Below are positions 1 to 38,607 of a DNA stretch of 64,000 nucleotides, in pieces (the stretch's first letter is position 1; each line of letters starts with the position of its first letter). The position numbers were made by a program, and so were the translations under genes. The DNA lies in assembly GCA_963693365.1 (NCBI GenBank), contig CAVNZM010000014.1:4774001-4838000 (forward strand), read 5' to 3'. The notes beneath the pieces are model-generated. The model did not search any database. It was not told where the DNA came from and worked only from the letters and a program-made list of their open reading frames with translations. Source of the DNA: Amoebidium appalachense (Eukaryota > Protista > Ichthyosporea).

Positions 1-153
1 GGTTGGAAATATGGAGGAGACAACAAAGAGCAACAACAAAACGTCACGAAAGTGGGAAATCCAAAATCAAACAATTTAAGCGTGCAGGCAGAAGACACTT
101 GGACAGAGCCCATCATCAGGGGGGGAGGAGGGGGGGGGGGGAGGTAAACCCAC

Positions 154-24521
<24,368 letters not shown>

Positions 24522-25083
24522 TCAAAAACGGTCACACCACCCCTGGTTTAGAAAAAAAAATTAATCTACGGATAGTTAATGGAGGGGGTGCGGGGGGCAG
24601 GGGGGGGGGGGGGGGGGAAGGAGGAGAGGGTCTGTTGATGATAGGGGCGGGAGGGGGGAGGGGGGGGGGGGGGGGAGGGAGGAGAGGGTCTGTTCATGAT
24701 AGGGGGGGAGGGGGGAGGGGGGGGGGGGGGGGGGCATATTCCTTTCCACTTTTTCATGCATGCCTTCCCCCCCTTTTTTTTGTCTGGTAGAAACTAGAAA
24801 AGCAATATCACGGTGCACAAAGCACCTGCAAGGACACTAAAACATGTACGCAAGCTTTGTGCATTTTACTCGATCGGAATGACCAGGTGCCGAAGAAAAT
24901 GTTGGGGGGGGGGGGGGGGGGGGGGGAGGAGGAGGCAATGGTGCCCCTTGCTTCTGCGAGAATGTTTGCGCGTGCCCACTCTGTGTGTAGTAGTTTGTTT
25001 TTTCTCTGTTTTTTCGATCGTGTGTGCACGTGCGTTAACGTTTGCTTGTGTGCATGCACGATTTGTTATGCCTGCGCTTGCAT

Positions 25084-25191
<108 letters not shown>

Positions 25192-26559
25192 CGGTGTCCG
25201 TCTTTGCTTGTGTGCATGCACGTGTTTTTTATGTCTGCTTGCACGAGTGTGTTTGTGTAACTGTGCGTGTGTGGGCATATATTTTGTATGTGGTGTGTCT
25301 CCTTCCCCTCGTTCCACGATGACATTATGTTCCACGGTTCATGCTCTCTCTCCGACATACACCCGGAGCAAAGTGCGCAAGGTCACATGTGAGGATGACA
25401 GGGGAACGATGTATTTATCAGGCAGTATTTGGAAGCAAGTTGGAGTGGGGTTTGTGGAGCCCAAGGGACCAGGAAGGTGTGTGAGTGCACGTTGGTGTGT
25501 GTGACTTTTCTTTTTTGAAAGGGAAGACGGTTCATTCACATACAGGAAGTGAGGGGTTGGAGGGTGGGGGAGGGAGACGGAGACAAGAGATGATCCTCGC
25601 ACAGGGGGAAGGGGGGGGGGGCAGGGGATGAACAAGAGGGTGGGTGGGGAGGGGGGAGGGGGGGGGGGGGGGGGGGAAGGGAACAAACCAGAGCCCAGAA
25701 AGAGAAAGCATGTAAATTGGTGAGGGAGGAGATGTCTTTAAGGGAACGGGGGTGAGGGAGGGAGAGAGCGGGTAGGGTGGAGAGACGGGAAGGTGAGGAG
25801 CGATGGAGAGGGAGTAAGTTTTGGGGGGAGAAGTGAGGTGCATGGGACAGGAGCAAGAGGTGTGAGCGTTAGAAAGTGGCGAGGCATACGAGTGGCGGGG
25901 CTCATCATTCAAACCACTCTACAACCACCCCAGTACATAACACAGAAAGAGGTGTCTCTCCTTGAACATGCACAAGCACACACAAACACTCACTTGCTCG
26001 TTGCTCCAAGAATGGTGCACCACTGTGGAGAAGGTAGCTTAGAAGCACCAGCGTAACCTAAACCACCCAAATTGGATGCCGTTATAGGTAGCAACATACA
26101 CTAAGTGAATGCAGGTAGCAACATACACTAAGTGAATATATGTAAGAAGAAAGAAGATGGGCAACATCGTAGCTCAAAATGGCCGCCGGCCGGAGTTAGG
26201 AAAGGTCAAACTTCGTTTACACCGCGGATCACGTAATCCCTCGTTGATATCGTGTTGCAAATGAAATCAACAAGGTGAGCCATTTTCGTAAATGTCGCAG
26301 GGCGACTATCATGTAATGTATAGCTTTCATTCAATTGGTACATTATAGAGGGATCGAGTATACCATAGCTACATAGCTACTGAGGCCGGCCATATATAGG
26401 TCTAATCTAATATTAGAGTTGACGACACCATGCGTTATTATCCTGGTACATAGCGCCCAGAGGCCTTGAGAGAGAGAGAGAGAGAAAGGAGGGGAGGGGG
26501 GGGGGGGGCTTCGAGCGCTAGCTCAGTGTGTGTGTGTGTACTTCTGTGTGTGTTCGTGC

Positions 26560-26590
<31 letters not shown>

Positions 26591-26725
26591 ACATACGTGT
26601 GTGTGTGTTGTATGTTTGTGTGTGTGTGTGTGTGTGTGTTGTGTGTGTGTCCACAGTGGCATCATGGGTAAGGTACATACATGTAACTTTTTGGGGCGGG
26701 GGGGGGTGGGGGGGGGGGGGGGGAG

Positions 26726-27465
26726 GTTGAATGCGTCAAAACGTACGAAGTACACAAGAACAAACGGATAACACGATGCAGAATGCAAGCCATACATAAA
26801 GAGTAAGCATAATAAGCAGAGCCCATCCTCAGGGGGGGCCCACGTCATCCACAGTACCCGAGTTTAAACCTATTCACTTCGTTAACGAAACCCAACTCAG
26901 ATACTGTTTCACTTGAACATGGGTAGGTCACCCGTCTTGATCAGAGACGAGCAGGGTTGCTTATGCAGGCAAGGGCAGTGGGAACGGCCGGGGGTTAAAG
27001 TTGCAGCAGTAAGCAGAAGCAAGAAAAATATAGATAGGAACTCAGGAGACGGGGCTTCTAGGAAGCTCCCCCGTCGCTACCTAAGTCGATACTTCCCTGG
27101 CTAACATACTACACCAGCTGAAAAGAATTAAGTCCCGAAAGCCGCAGAATTCGCAATCAGAGGGGAAAATATGAGATTTGACCCACGCCGCAGGGTAGTA
27201 ACACGCTTACTAGGGCGGAACTTTAACGTCTTTGAACGGAAAGCTATGCCCCCGGATGTCAGCCGGAAATATGGTATCACCCATTGCTTTGGGCTTTAAG
27301 AAAGCCAAATCGATAGTCCGAGTTATGTTACGCCGGCGGGTAACATGCCGCATGGGTTCCAAGGGAGCTGTCGCCAACAGAGCGGTGTGTGCATACGTGC
27401 GCGTAACGCAATGTGTGAAGTGTGTCTATAGTTATGAAAGGGGGTATGCAGAAGTGGACAGATGA

Positions 27466-27473
<8 letters not shown>
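26726..27473 (-). mobile_element. ~750-bp non-coding dispersed repeat (SINE-like), copy B
   Basis: Near-identical to 19293-20041 in the same orientation; poly-G on the left, (GT)n then poly-G on the right. Confidence 0.8.
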
Positions 27474-27519
<46 letters not shown>

Positions 27520-28100
27520 CGGGTGGCTCGAGGGGACTGCTGCCTGGTCGTATACCATTACTGTGCCGGGCGCCCCCTTTCTCCGTTCTCTCTCTAACGA
27601 AATATATATTTTTGAGGCCCGGGTGTTTTTTTAAAGTCGCATTAGAAAAACTCGAGATAAACGAGAGATATTACACGTGCGGATTCAAAATACCAAGACT
27701 TAACGGTGTCACACGGCCGAAGTTTTACATGTGTATATCCACTAATATTAATTAGGGCCTCGAAATTATTTTCAAGTTGTGGGCTGGCACAGCCTTACTG
27801 TGTATACATTCTTTCAAATCGTTTGCTAAAACGTGCTGAGACATCTCGTGTCATATCCGGGATGTATTACATAGTGCTTACTAAACAGCCGGATCGATAA
27901 TCCCAAAAATATCCATGTACCTATATGATTGTGACACTATGGGCACCTTCTAATCTTACATCTCGCATCCTAATAACAATCTGCAATTTCTTTGATTAGT
28001 ACTGCCATCTGCGCACAACAAAATCGATTAGAATAATGCGATTGCATTTTTGGCTGAATTTGAACAAACCATTTATGTTATATCATCGGCCACCAACTTG

Positions 28101-28783
28101 CTAGCACGCCCAATTCATTGCACGTGTGTCCGTCTGGCAACCTCCCTCCACACCAACCGTCTCATCATCCCCATAAAAATTTCCACTCTTCCCACCCTTT
28201 ACACACTCCGATTGCGACGTTTCGCCAACAACCGTTGAAATCCCTCCCGCCGCCGGGGCCGTCACGCCATCTGTCATCAAATCTTCCTTATTTTCCCCGC
28301 CGCCGCCAAACGATTCAGTATGTTGATTTTCAATCTCGACAACCGATGAACCCTCCCGCTTGCTGCTATCAACCGACGAATCGCAATTTTCCTCCCCCCT
28401 CCTCCTCCTCTTCCTCGCACGGGGTGTGACTCCGCCCGGGGCTTTTCTTTCCAATGTGATTGGGCGGTGAAAAAAACGGCCGGCCTATACCGCCTTCGAA
28501 AGTCGTTTTTCCGTCCTTGGATTTACCGGAAAACGGTGGAAACATGTCGGCTTTTTGAACTGTATCAGCCTTCTGCAGTGACTGAAAGAAGGGGGGGGGG
28601 AAGGGGGGGGGGGGGCTTGCAGTTAGTATTCTGTGATGGTGATGTATCGGCGGTAGGTGCCAGTAGCTAAAACATACCAGGTGTGGCAAGGATTTCACAC
28701 CAATAGTTCAATGCTGCCAAGAAAAGAGACAGATGGGATGCACTGTGGAGTTGTGTGGGAAAGGGGGAGGGAGATTGGGGAGG

Positions 28784-28876
<93 letters not shown>

Positions 28877-28984
28877 GGGGAGGCAGAAAGGGAGAGGGAA
28901 GGGGAGAGCGCGCGCGAGAGAGGGAGAGAGAGAGAGCCTCGGAGAGACAGAGATAGAGAGAGAGAGACTGAGAGGGGAAGAGAG

Positions 28985-29080
<96 letters not shown>

Positions 29081-29250
29081 AGAGAGAGAGAGAGAGAGCG
29101 AAATGTGGGGAGGGGTAGGGGAGGGAATGTATGCACTAGAGGGTTGGTATTACGAAAGTGTTGACATAAAAAGACAAAACATAAAATGTCGTCAAAATAC
29201 AAAACCCAGAACCCCCCCCCCCCCACCTACTATACCCCCTCTTCCCCCCT

Positions 29251-29297
<47 letters not shown>

Positions 29298-30344
29298 AAA
29301 AAAAAAAAAAGTGCAGGCAGATCTGAGAATACACTTGAAATAGAACCCGGGGGGAAGGGGCGGGGGGGGGGGGGGGGGGGGGGGGGGGGGCTACATACCT
29401 TTGTGTGTGCCGTCTCCGAATCCGTTGTGTGGCCGGCCCTTGGGCGGGGAGGCAACCAGATAACTCTTCACCCACAGTACGATTATGAGCGCCGCCTCCA
29501 AAACGGCCACCGTAAAATTAACCCATTCTAGACTACTCAACTCGCCCAGACCCTCACCGGCTACTGGGGTACTGATGCCGTACATGTAGACTTTGTATGT
29601 TCGCCCAATCTCAACGTAGTTTTGGACGTTTGCAAAAATTAGGAAAATTCCGTAGAAGAAAACGTAAGTGGCCTGATATTTGGAGTGGTCCAGGTCGAAG
29701 CGTTGAAGGGATTGTCGGCGCCACCATAAGAAGTAAACGCAGACAAGAGCCAAGATCAAGTAGATGACATTAATTACGATGTTATAATGCCTTAGATCGA
29801 CAGGCATTTCCCCCACCCAATAGGCCCTGTCTTCTGGGGCCACGTCCAGGATGGACCTGTGATTTAAAATCATTAAACAAATTAAGAATTTAGATAAACA
29901 AATAAAATCGTTGAACAAATTAAGAATTTAAATAAACAAATCAGCGAATATTGAGATTTGAACCGGCGGGTGAAATTCAATACATGCACAAATGTTGAGA
30001 CTCAGTAGGGTACCGACACTCCTTAGGCTACTAATATAGTGTTATTATAAACAGTCTCCTGCAGAACTGTTCCGGACTACTTTTCATTTTTTCGTTATCT
30101 TGTTTTAAATCTCAGCTTTCACTGTGCTATAGCTATGGTTTCTGCGGCTTTCCAACTGAGACCTGAAATCTGATAGACACAGCCCCTCCTTCTTTGACTG
30201 CCCGTGACACATGAGCCTCCCTCCCCCCCCCTCCCCCCCCCCCCCCCCCCCCCCCCTCTCTCCCCACCACCACCACCACCACATACACATAATCACAAAC
30301 AAACACACACGCACATAAGCACACACATAGATGTGTGCGCACGT

Positions 30345-30392
<48 letters not shown>

Positions 30393-30541
30393 TGGCACAC
30401 ACACACACACACACACACACACATGACAGACGTACACGGGCACACACACACACACACACAAACACACACGCACACACGTGCCCGCGCCCGCACGCACACA
30501 CACGCATACGCACACGCACATGCACACACGCGTGCACGCGG

Positions 30542-30592
<51 letters not shown>

Positions 30593-30730
30593 ACCGAGGA
30601 TCGGCATATTTTTTCTAGGCCTCCAGCCAGACTGGCAAATCCAATGAACATCACATCCAAAAGTTGAATGATTTATGTGAACAGGGAACACTGTGAGAAA
30701 TCGGACAAAGAGGAAGCGGGGGGTGGGGGT

Positions 30731-30770
<40 letters not shown>

Positions 30771-31076
30771 ATGACAACCAAAAAAAACAAGAAAAAAAAA
30801 AACAAGTACCCACCTCTGTCGAAACCGTATAATGACCTGCCAAATGAAGCCCACCACGTAAGGAATATACATCAGCAACAGCATAGAAACCATCCATCCC
30901 ATCTGCAATTTCTCTGCCGCCGCAATCGACTGGAGATGTAGTTTCCCCCCGGAAATCTTCGGAAACCCGTATAGGCAGATAAGAACGCGAAGGAGTGATA
31001 CGTTGACGCCCAGAATGCGCAGTGGGATGACAATATAGTTGAGAAGTGGCTGGATAATAACATGGGCACCCTGTGG

Positions 31077-31126
<50 letters not shown>

Positions 31127-32528
31127 AGTGAGTGATACGCACAGATACCCGGCTGCATGTGGCTATTGACAGTTCGGGTTGGATTGCTGGCCTATGGGGC
31201 TTGTACAAGACGTGCCACAAAGTTTCGGAGTACAGCACATGCCGGTCTACATAACACTTTCCATTTTCCCCCTTTATTCCCCCCCCCCCCCCCCCCCTCT
31301 TTTTTGTTTTCTTTGTTTTGGTAAGGAGGGCAAGGGGGGGGGGGGGGGGGGAGGGGGAGGAGGGGGGGGGGGGGGGGGTTGGGGGGGGGTTAGAATGTGT
31401 CACAGAGGTAAAGCCTTATTCATGGGACGTTGCACTGCTTTTGAAAAGCACGCAAAGAATGAGCATAAGCTCAGATGCATTGAGGGAGGGGGGGGGGGGG
31501 GGGGAGGGGGAGGGGGGGAGGAGGGGGGGGAGGCCTGTCACGGTCGGTGCGTTGTACGCATGGATGCACCCCCTTAAAGGTATGTTCTAGGAGAATGCAG
31601 ATGTCTAAATACGTGCAGGTGTTGCATGTGTGGTTTGTGAAGCGTATATATCATGGCCACACTGATTAAACACTAATATTAGTATAATGTGGCAAAGTAG
31701 ATGGACACGCAAAATTTGATCAGCGTGCTGTGATGTGCATACAGTGTTTCCAGTGTTTAACAGATAACATGTGTGCATGCCGACTTCTTCAGGTGACACA
31801 CGTGTATGCTTGTGCTATGGTGCGCTTTTTTTCACCAAAATTGTGCGCCTTGTGTGCTTTTGCCAAGAGCCTGCAATATCAGTGTACACTACGGCCTGTG
31901 CTCACTCATGGACAGAATGTGTGTCTGTTTGTGTGCGGTGTGGCCAAGCCTTTATATATATGTCTGTGCGCTTTCTCACGCACACATCCGTGTATGCACA
32001 TGCACACACCTGCATTGGATGTGTCGGTGTGTATTCACAGATACAACAAAATGATTTCCGATAAACCAAATGTCACAAAAAATGGGGCACAAAAAGTTAA
32101 TGCCATCAAACATACGGTAACACGTCTAAACCCATACGAAGAAGAAGTTGAGCTCGCATGGTTGCAATGCAGGGGTAGGTAAGGGGTAAAGGGTAGGGGG
32201 GGGGGGGGGGGGGGGGGGGGGGGAAGAGGGGGGGGGGGGGGGAGGGGGGAGGCCATGGGCTATGTATACTTACAGAGTTTTTGTTGATTAGTGGCGGTGC
32301 CCGAATGATGTACAACCCCTGGAAGAAAAGCGTCGAGCCCCATCCGAGGAGCGGAAGGAGGAAGAAGATCAACGTGTTTGCTTTTGTGGGCGACACTTTG
32401 CCCGCACCCAGCTGATGGGCGAGGAATATGCACATACATGGAAGAATTACAATGGAAATAAATGCACCAACAGCGACAGATGCAATAGCCCCGCCCTCGT
32501 TTGAAACAGCGCTCTCGCCTAACACCAT
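28101..32528 (-). CDS. Orphan seven-transmembrane (GPCR-like) protein with acidic disordered C-tail
   Basis: Phase-consistent exons 32528-32274, 31070-30814, 29856-29399, then probably 28713-28678 and 28559-28101 (+1 shift at the G6 run near 28394-28399, otherwise stop at 28369). Seven hydrophobic segments: [135 protein letters not shown]. Confidence 0.75.
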
Positions 32529-35500
32529 TTTCCCGTTTTTTTTTGTTTTTTTTTGGTAATTGTCGCTGGGCGCTCCTTTCTTCACCCAGTGTTAAATGCC
32601 AACGGAAAAGAGCTGAAATGCGAGGTCACCTACCAACCAGATGGTAATTTGTGTGATTTTTGATGTGGGAATAATGTTTGTTGATTTCTTTCGTGGCTGT
32701 GGGCGTAAACCCGACCGATGATTGTCTAATTGCCGGGACGGATTTATTTCGTGTGTTTTTCCAGCTAGGTTTGTAGCAAAAAGCAGTTCATCCCTCGAGG
32801 CACCGGAGTATCCCGTGTATGTTTTCCTGCACACGTACCTCTTGCATTTGCATGGACGACATGCATGTGTGCCACACCAGTGAAGTGTGTGAATGTGTGA
32901 ATGGGTTGAACCTTCCGAAGGAAGCAAATGATGCACTGCAACTGTTGTTCTAAACGAAGACTATTGTGTAATATAGGGCTTCTGCAAATTTGCAACGTGT
33001 GTTGCATGGGTTGGACAGCTGCCAGTATGCATATGCGTAAAGGTATATTACAACGAAACGAAACCAAAAAACCAATAAACCGATAGATGGATTTAGTTTG
33101 ACTGGTTTAGTGCGGGTGCTACCGGGGTTTACACACTTTTTATTGCGTGGACACTGCCGGAGACCCAGGCTAGCCACATTCGACGGCCTACTGCGTTTTC
33201 CAGCGCAGCCAATCAAATGCAGCCAGTGACACTACGGCTGGCCAGGCCGACACACTGCGACCGCACCCATTGTAATCTGCTACGTAAGCGGGGAGTTATG
33301 TTTTTGGACTAATCGTTGGATTTCAATCCCACCCTTTGAGTTGCCGCTGGTTTGCTCTAATGACCGACGATCGAGCGTCGAAATCACTATCCATATTTGG
33401 GTTTTTCGTCGTTTCATCGTTTCAGTGCGAACCCCGATCGTCGAAACGTCGATAGTTGATGGCTCACCGAAATTTCTATATAAAGGAATTCGTCGTTTCG
33501 GCGATACCAGTGCGACCGCACCCAATGTCAACGATACCATTACCCCCCCCAAAAAAATGTAAACCCCAAGACCATTACTAAAGACTGGAGTCAAGTACCC
33601 CCTGGCTTAATAATCATGATTGTAATGATGTAGTTTTCGGGATTTTGGAAATATTTTTCGGGTGTAGTAGTGTTGTAGAAACCGGTAGTACAATGGAATG
33701 AGGTTTTCTGTACGAAGTTGTTGGCATCAAATGTAAACCCTGTCGGCTAACTTGGCAGCGCACGTACCAGTTATCTAACCCAATATCTCAACTTTGTAGA
33801 TAATGGGCCGGGAAGACACCCGGTTATCCAGGACGTGGCAAATTATCTATCCGATTCACTGACTCACTTGAAGAATTCGAACGGAATGAACTTCCAGGCT
33901 CTGAATGAGACTTGACTCACTGCCAGTTCGGAACGTTCGTGCAAGTTCTTATCTTCAGTGGCAGAATCAGTGCCCCTTGTAGGGATGACGGGATCATGAT
34001 CATGGTATAAGCAATATGGAAACTAGCACGAAAAAGAAAAATAAATAACGGAAAACAAGTAATATCAGCCCTCAATCAAGGAGATTGTAAACTTTTTTTC
34101 TCTTGACTGGGATTTATTGATCAGTGGTCCAGTGGATATGAAGGCAACGTGCAGCCACAGGCTACATGACCACCAAAATAACCGACTTCGAAAGAGCCAC
34201 AGCGATGAAATAAAAAATAAAACAACAAGTGACCAAAGGACACCAGTGGGCAAAGGTACAAGTGCACGTGTATGCGTGAAACTAGTTTGCTCCAACTAGT
34301 CATATGCAGCGATGATTACCAGGCCACACTCCGCAAGAAGACATCATTACTGCTGCCCCCCAACAGGCCCCCCTCAAAACCTACCGGGGCACAGCAAGCA
34401 AGTCAGCCCTTTAACTTACATTTAACTTACTAATGCAGACCAAATCCGAGCGAGAAAACAATCCCCACGGGCCCGTCCCCTAGAAAACCCGCAGAAGCTG
34501 TCTCTAACTCTTTGATAAGGTGGCCTACAAGTTGTGGCAGGACACACAGGAAAACACAACAGAATGCATGCAAATTTGCCAAATTTGCCTTGACACGAAC
34601 ACTTGCACATGTATGCCTCACCAGAATGTGTTCATGCCATCAATTCTCGTGTCAACAATGACTCAACATTGGCAATCGTGGCCCACGCGGGCGTACGGCA
34701 CCAACTGAGGCCTTGCACAAATTTGGTGCATAAGAATGAAATAAAGAAAAAGAAAAGGGTAGTATTATGAATATACCATATAAACATCAACCATCGATAC
34801 AAAAAAAAATCGCTAAATGCTGCTGCCCGCATTTTTGGGCCGGAGTGCAAGCTCTCTGCACATGCACCGTCGGATCATTGGTGCCGCGACCAGGGTGTGA
34901 AATATTGATGATGATGTTCTTTTTGCCCCAACTTCAGCCGTAATCATTCTTTTCGAAAATAGTCGGACCTTTTTTGGTAGCTAGAATTTGAATGCGATAA
35001 TCAAACTCACAAAGGTATCATCACGTTTCGGTGCTTTGGCTTCTTCTAAAAAGTTGCCAAGCCTGCAAGGAGGCTCAGTCGCAGCCGGACTGCCAGGCCC
35101 GCCAGTCCACGTGCAACTGCGACGAATCGGATCGGCGCAGATCTGCCCAATGTAATTTGTTGAATGTGAATCAATCTTGTATCCCGGGAATTTTGGAAAA
35201 TCGGTCAATCAGGGTGATTCAGATTTAATGTGAATCAAAACCCCCCTTCAAAAAACAGAGCTTTCCCCCGTATAAATGACCCGGTGGGGTCGAAACTTTG
35301 CAAGAGCGAAGTAAACATATATAGTTTTCAAAGCCCCGCGGCTGGGTTGGCGAGCCGGTCCCGGTCCTGGCCCGGCCCGCCGTTCAGTCGCCCCGCCATA
35401 TGCCGCCAGCCCCCCCTAGACTAAGTTAGCCCGCTTTTTCGATCCAGTCCTACCATATATGGTGGACCTTGAGCCCTTATATGGGTGAGCCCGATCTTGA

Positions 35501-35786
35501 GATCCAATCAAATAGATTCAAAAAAAGTTACCTTTCTCGGATGCGAATCAGAAAAGTGATCCAGAAACGATTTGGGCCAACATCTTGCGTCCCCAGTAAC
35601 CTGTGGGCCGCGAACTATCTGTTTATGAGATCCCATTTGGCTATTCATCAAAACGTGTAGTTGGTGGTCAACATCTGTGGAGTGTGGAGATTAAGCACAC
35701 GCTGTTTACAGGGCTTGCTCTTGAAAAGGTACGAGTTTGCCATATTGTTAGTTTTTTCCTGCGTGCTGCTTTTTATTCTTTGTGAA

Positions 35787-38271
35787 ATGGAAGAAAATGT
35801 GTTTTGTGGAAGGGAGGGTGGAAGGGAATATGTGTTCCGCAGGGTGGATGCTGGTAGCTACCAGTATGATTGTTATTTTCGTAGTGTAGGAACTACAAGG
35901 CAGGACGCCTGCAGCACTGTGCTAGAGCGGGCAAGGGTTGATGTTGTGGTGCGTGAGCTACTTGCACCAGAAATATTGCAAGAGCATCTGGGAAATCTTG
36001 GTGGTCTTTGTGAGGGACATCCACTCAAACAACCACTAGAATCATATAGCGCCCTAGATAGTGAATGCACTAGCATTGAACAAAACATCTGGAAACGTGA
36101 AATGGGGGGGACATGGGCGTTCTCTAGTGCGTGCAGAAGTCAAGGATTTATGTGTGCAAGAAGGGTATGTGCAAGAAGGGGCAGCATTGAACGCACTGTA
36201 TGGTGCTATGGAAGCTGCATGGTTGGAGGGGATCAGAGTATGTTCCGAATACTGGATGTGTGAAGATTACTTTATGAATGTTGTAGGGCGTGGATATGTT
36301 CAGGTTCAAGTTGTCCCAAACGTTGGGGAGGGCAATGCAGGGAACAATAAGTTAACCGGGTTTGTGGATGCCCTTTGTTATGTGTCCAACTATAGAGTTG
36401 CCGTTTGGGAAAGTGTGGGTGGTAATAAAAACGTCAAAATGCGTTTTCACTCCAAAGGGTTTTATACAAACACCAACACAGAAAAACACGTTTTTTGGGG
36501 AAGAGTTAGTGACACCTTAGGGCACTTTCAATCTTTGCACATCATTACCTGCAATCTCTCTGATGTAATCATCCCTGAAGGACCCAAACACATCGTCACT
36601 GCACAATCGCAAAACACAACACCATCCTACAAAGATGCTCTATCAAACACCCACACAGTTGCGAATCCCTCACAAGTGCATGTAGACACACACACAAGCA
36701 TGCCTGCAAACAATACACCTTTCAAAAATGCTCTTCCTGGTTTACCCAAAAATTCGTCTGGTGTTTCCTCTCCTTCTAGACAACATGCACACACAAATAG
36801 GGCACCTTCACAACAAACTGTTTCCTCGTCCGTACCACTAACACCGCTAAAACCACATGCCCACTCTCGTAACACTACCCACCACACATTGCACAAACAC
36901 ACTGCTTCTTCTCCTTCTTGTACGAGCACATCTACGCAAAACACTACACCTATCCCCATCCACACACCCAACAAATGGAAGTGGGTGGATTCACAAATAC
37001 AAACACAAGCACACACGCACACAAAGAAGCAAGAAAGGGGGGAGGGATCAAGAAAAATACAGCCACAGAAACCCACACCTGCTCATGCACATTATCTCTC
37101 TCACACCAACACAAACCAAACACCACAAGCTGTACACACACCCGCATCCACGCCTAAAACATGGATGTGGGTAGATTCACAAAAAGCAACACCTGCACAC
37201 ACACGCACAAAAAAACAAGAATGGAAGTGGGTGCAAAACAACACAAATGTGTGTGGGCCAACTACAGGTGGTATGCACATGGAAGCACAAACACACACAC
37301 CTGTGCAACACACACAGCAAAGAATTGTAAATGCACCTGTGCCCACAAAAATTCCAGAAGTAGCGCACACTGCTCCTGTCTCCCACACCGCACACAAACC
37401 TCCTCACACACAGAAAGAGAATACACATCACCCACACATACACCAAACACACGAAAGCGGAAACTGTCCACACCCCATCAGATCTGCTTGTGCCCCGCCC
37501 CGCCCATCCACTCTCAACAGTAATTTGGACGTTGACACCATTTTGGCTGAGTGGAATACAAAGGTAATAGAAAACATACGCAACACATGGTGCTTTTGTT
37601 GCTTGGCTGCTTGTGCTAAACATGAACTTCTTGTGGTTGAAGTTTTTAGAGATCACCCTGCGTTTGTCCTTAGGCACTATGTTGATAATACCATTGAGTG
37701 TGTGTATGTGCCTATTGTGGACATAATAAAAGATAAAGATGGTAAAGGAGATAATAAACTAAACATGGAAGTGTGTAAATCTTGTGCTGACTATATAGTT
37801 AATAAAAGTATGTTGCCTCCGTTGAGTCGTTACAATGGTATTGAACCAGGTGCACGGCCACCTGCCCTGAAAGATATGGAATTTGCCGGGCATCACTGGC
37901 CATCCAATAATACACTACCCGCTGAATTGTCGTCACTAACTTGGATGGAGTAAAGACTTGTGTGCCTATTAGAAACAAGAATGAGAGTAGTGATATGTGG
38001 TAAAATTCGGAATCATGCAGTTACCGGACACAGTGTATCTTACTGGAATGATTTCACGGCAAAATTACAGACATTAATGATCCGACCAGATACCTCAAAA
38101 AACGTGACTTTTTCTTTCGAGGGTAAAACATACAAGGGTGTAGTTAACATGGAAAAAGTATATAATGCCCTTGATTACCTGGTTGCTAACAATGAAGTAT
38201 ACAGAAACATTGTAATTAACAGGGATAGAACTGAGTTTGACAACAATGTCCTTCCTTCCTTAACTTTATAG
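35787..38271 (+). pseudogene. Helentron/Helitron2-like protein N-terminal part (OTU-like protease, T/H/P-rich linker, DUF6570-like domain), disrupted
   Basis: Intronless. OTU-like motifs YDCYFRSV, VDALCYVSNYRVAVWE, GHFQSL. DUF6570-like motifs CFCC, VCKSC, PPLSRYNG, PAELSSLTWME*RLV, GHSVSY, VNMEKVYNALDYLVANNEVYRNIVI. +1 shift at G7 36104-36110 and in-frame TAA at 37951. The frame appears to resume across the 38324-39620 insertion (ESENPTGDPHFL). No Rep or PIF1 helicase motifs were seen. Confidence 0.7.
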
Positions 38272-38339
38272 CGAAGTGGCTAGGCAGCTAGGATTGTTAG
38301 AGCAGGAGTCAGAAAATCCAACATTTTTATTTTTTTATT

Positions 38340-38579
38340 TTTTATTTTATCCCGTTTCACTCCCGGAGGCACTGCCTAAGGGGAGCTAACGTCTTCCACA
38401 GTAGACACACGAATGTGCTCTCTACATAGTGCAACTATAAGTCAGGATACATAATCCCGACTGTCACTACATATTCTGGCAATTCTTAGCCCACGGGGTT
38501 GCCGCAGTCACGCTAGTGGGGATTGAGCAAACTCACTTCAACCAACACCTAGCCAGGAGTGACCCGGGGGAAAATAAAA
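38340..38579 (-). ncRNA. Putative structured RNA domain at the 3' end of the retroposon
   Basis: Closing helix 38351-38366 with 38553-38568; hairpin GUAGA..CACA-UUCG-UGUG-UCUAC (38401-38425); 9-bp hairpin 38440-38462; GGCAA/UUGCC stem. Non-Watson-Crick pairs are G-U or G-A on minus. Folded by eye only. Confidence 0.4.
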
Positions 38580-38607
38580 GGGTATAAGCAAGGAAAAGAA
38601 AGAAAGA

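Noticed and set aside
25320-26300. Possible exons or promoter upstream of INTS8
   Set aside because: Strand and frame cannot be resolved; may be 5' UTR exons but unsupported without transcripts.
33280-33594. 104-aa minus ORF with a hydrophobic start
   Set aside because: No recognisable family, no splice link to the 7TM gene; the region has short repeats typical of a transposon fragment.
34891-34903. CAGGGTGTGAAAT, same as the hAT MITE terminus
   Set aside because: No partner end with a matching 8-bp TSD in the window.
38475-38530. HDV-like ribozyme (GGGCUAAG after a short hairpin, minus)
   Set aside because: No compatible P1, L3 or P1.1 elements.
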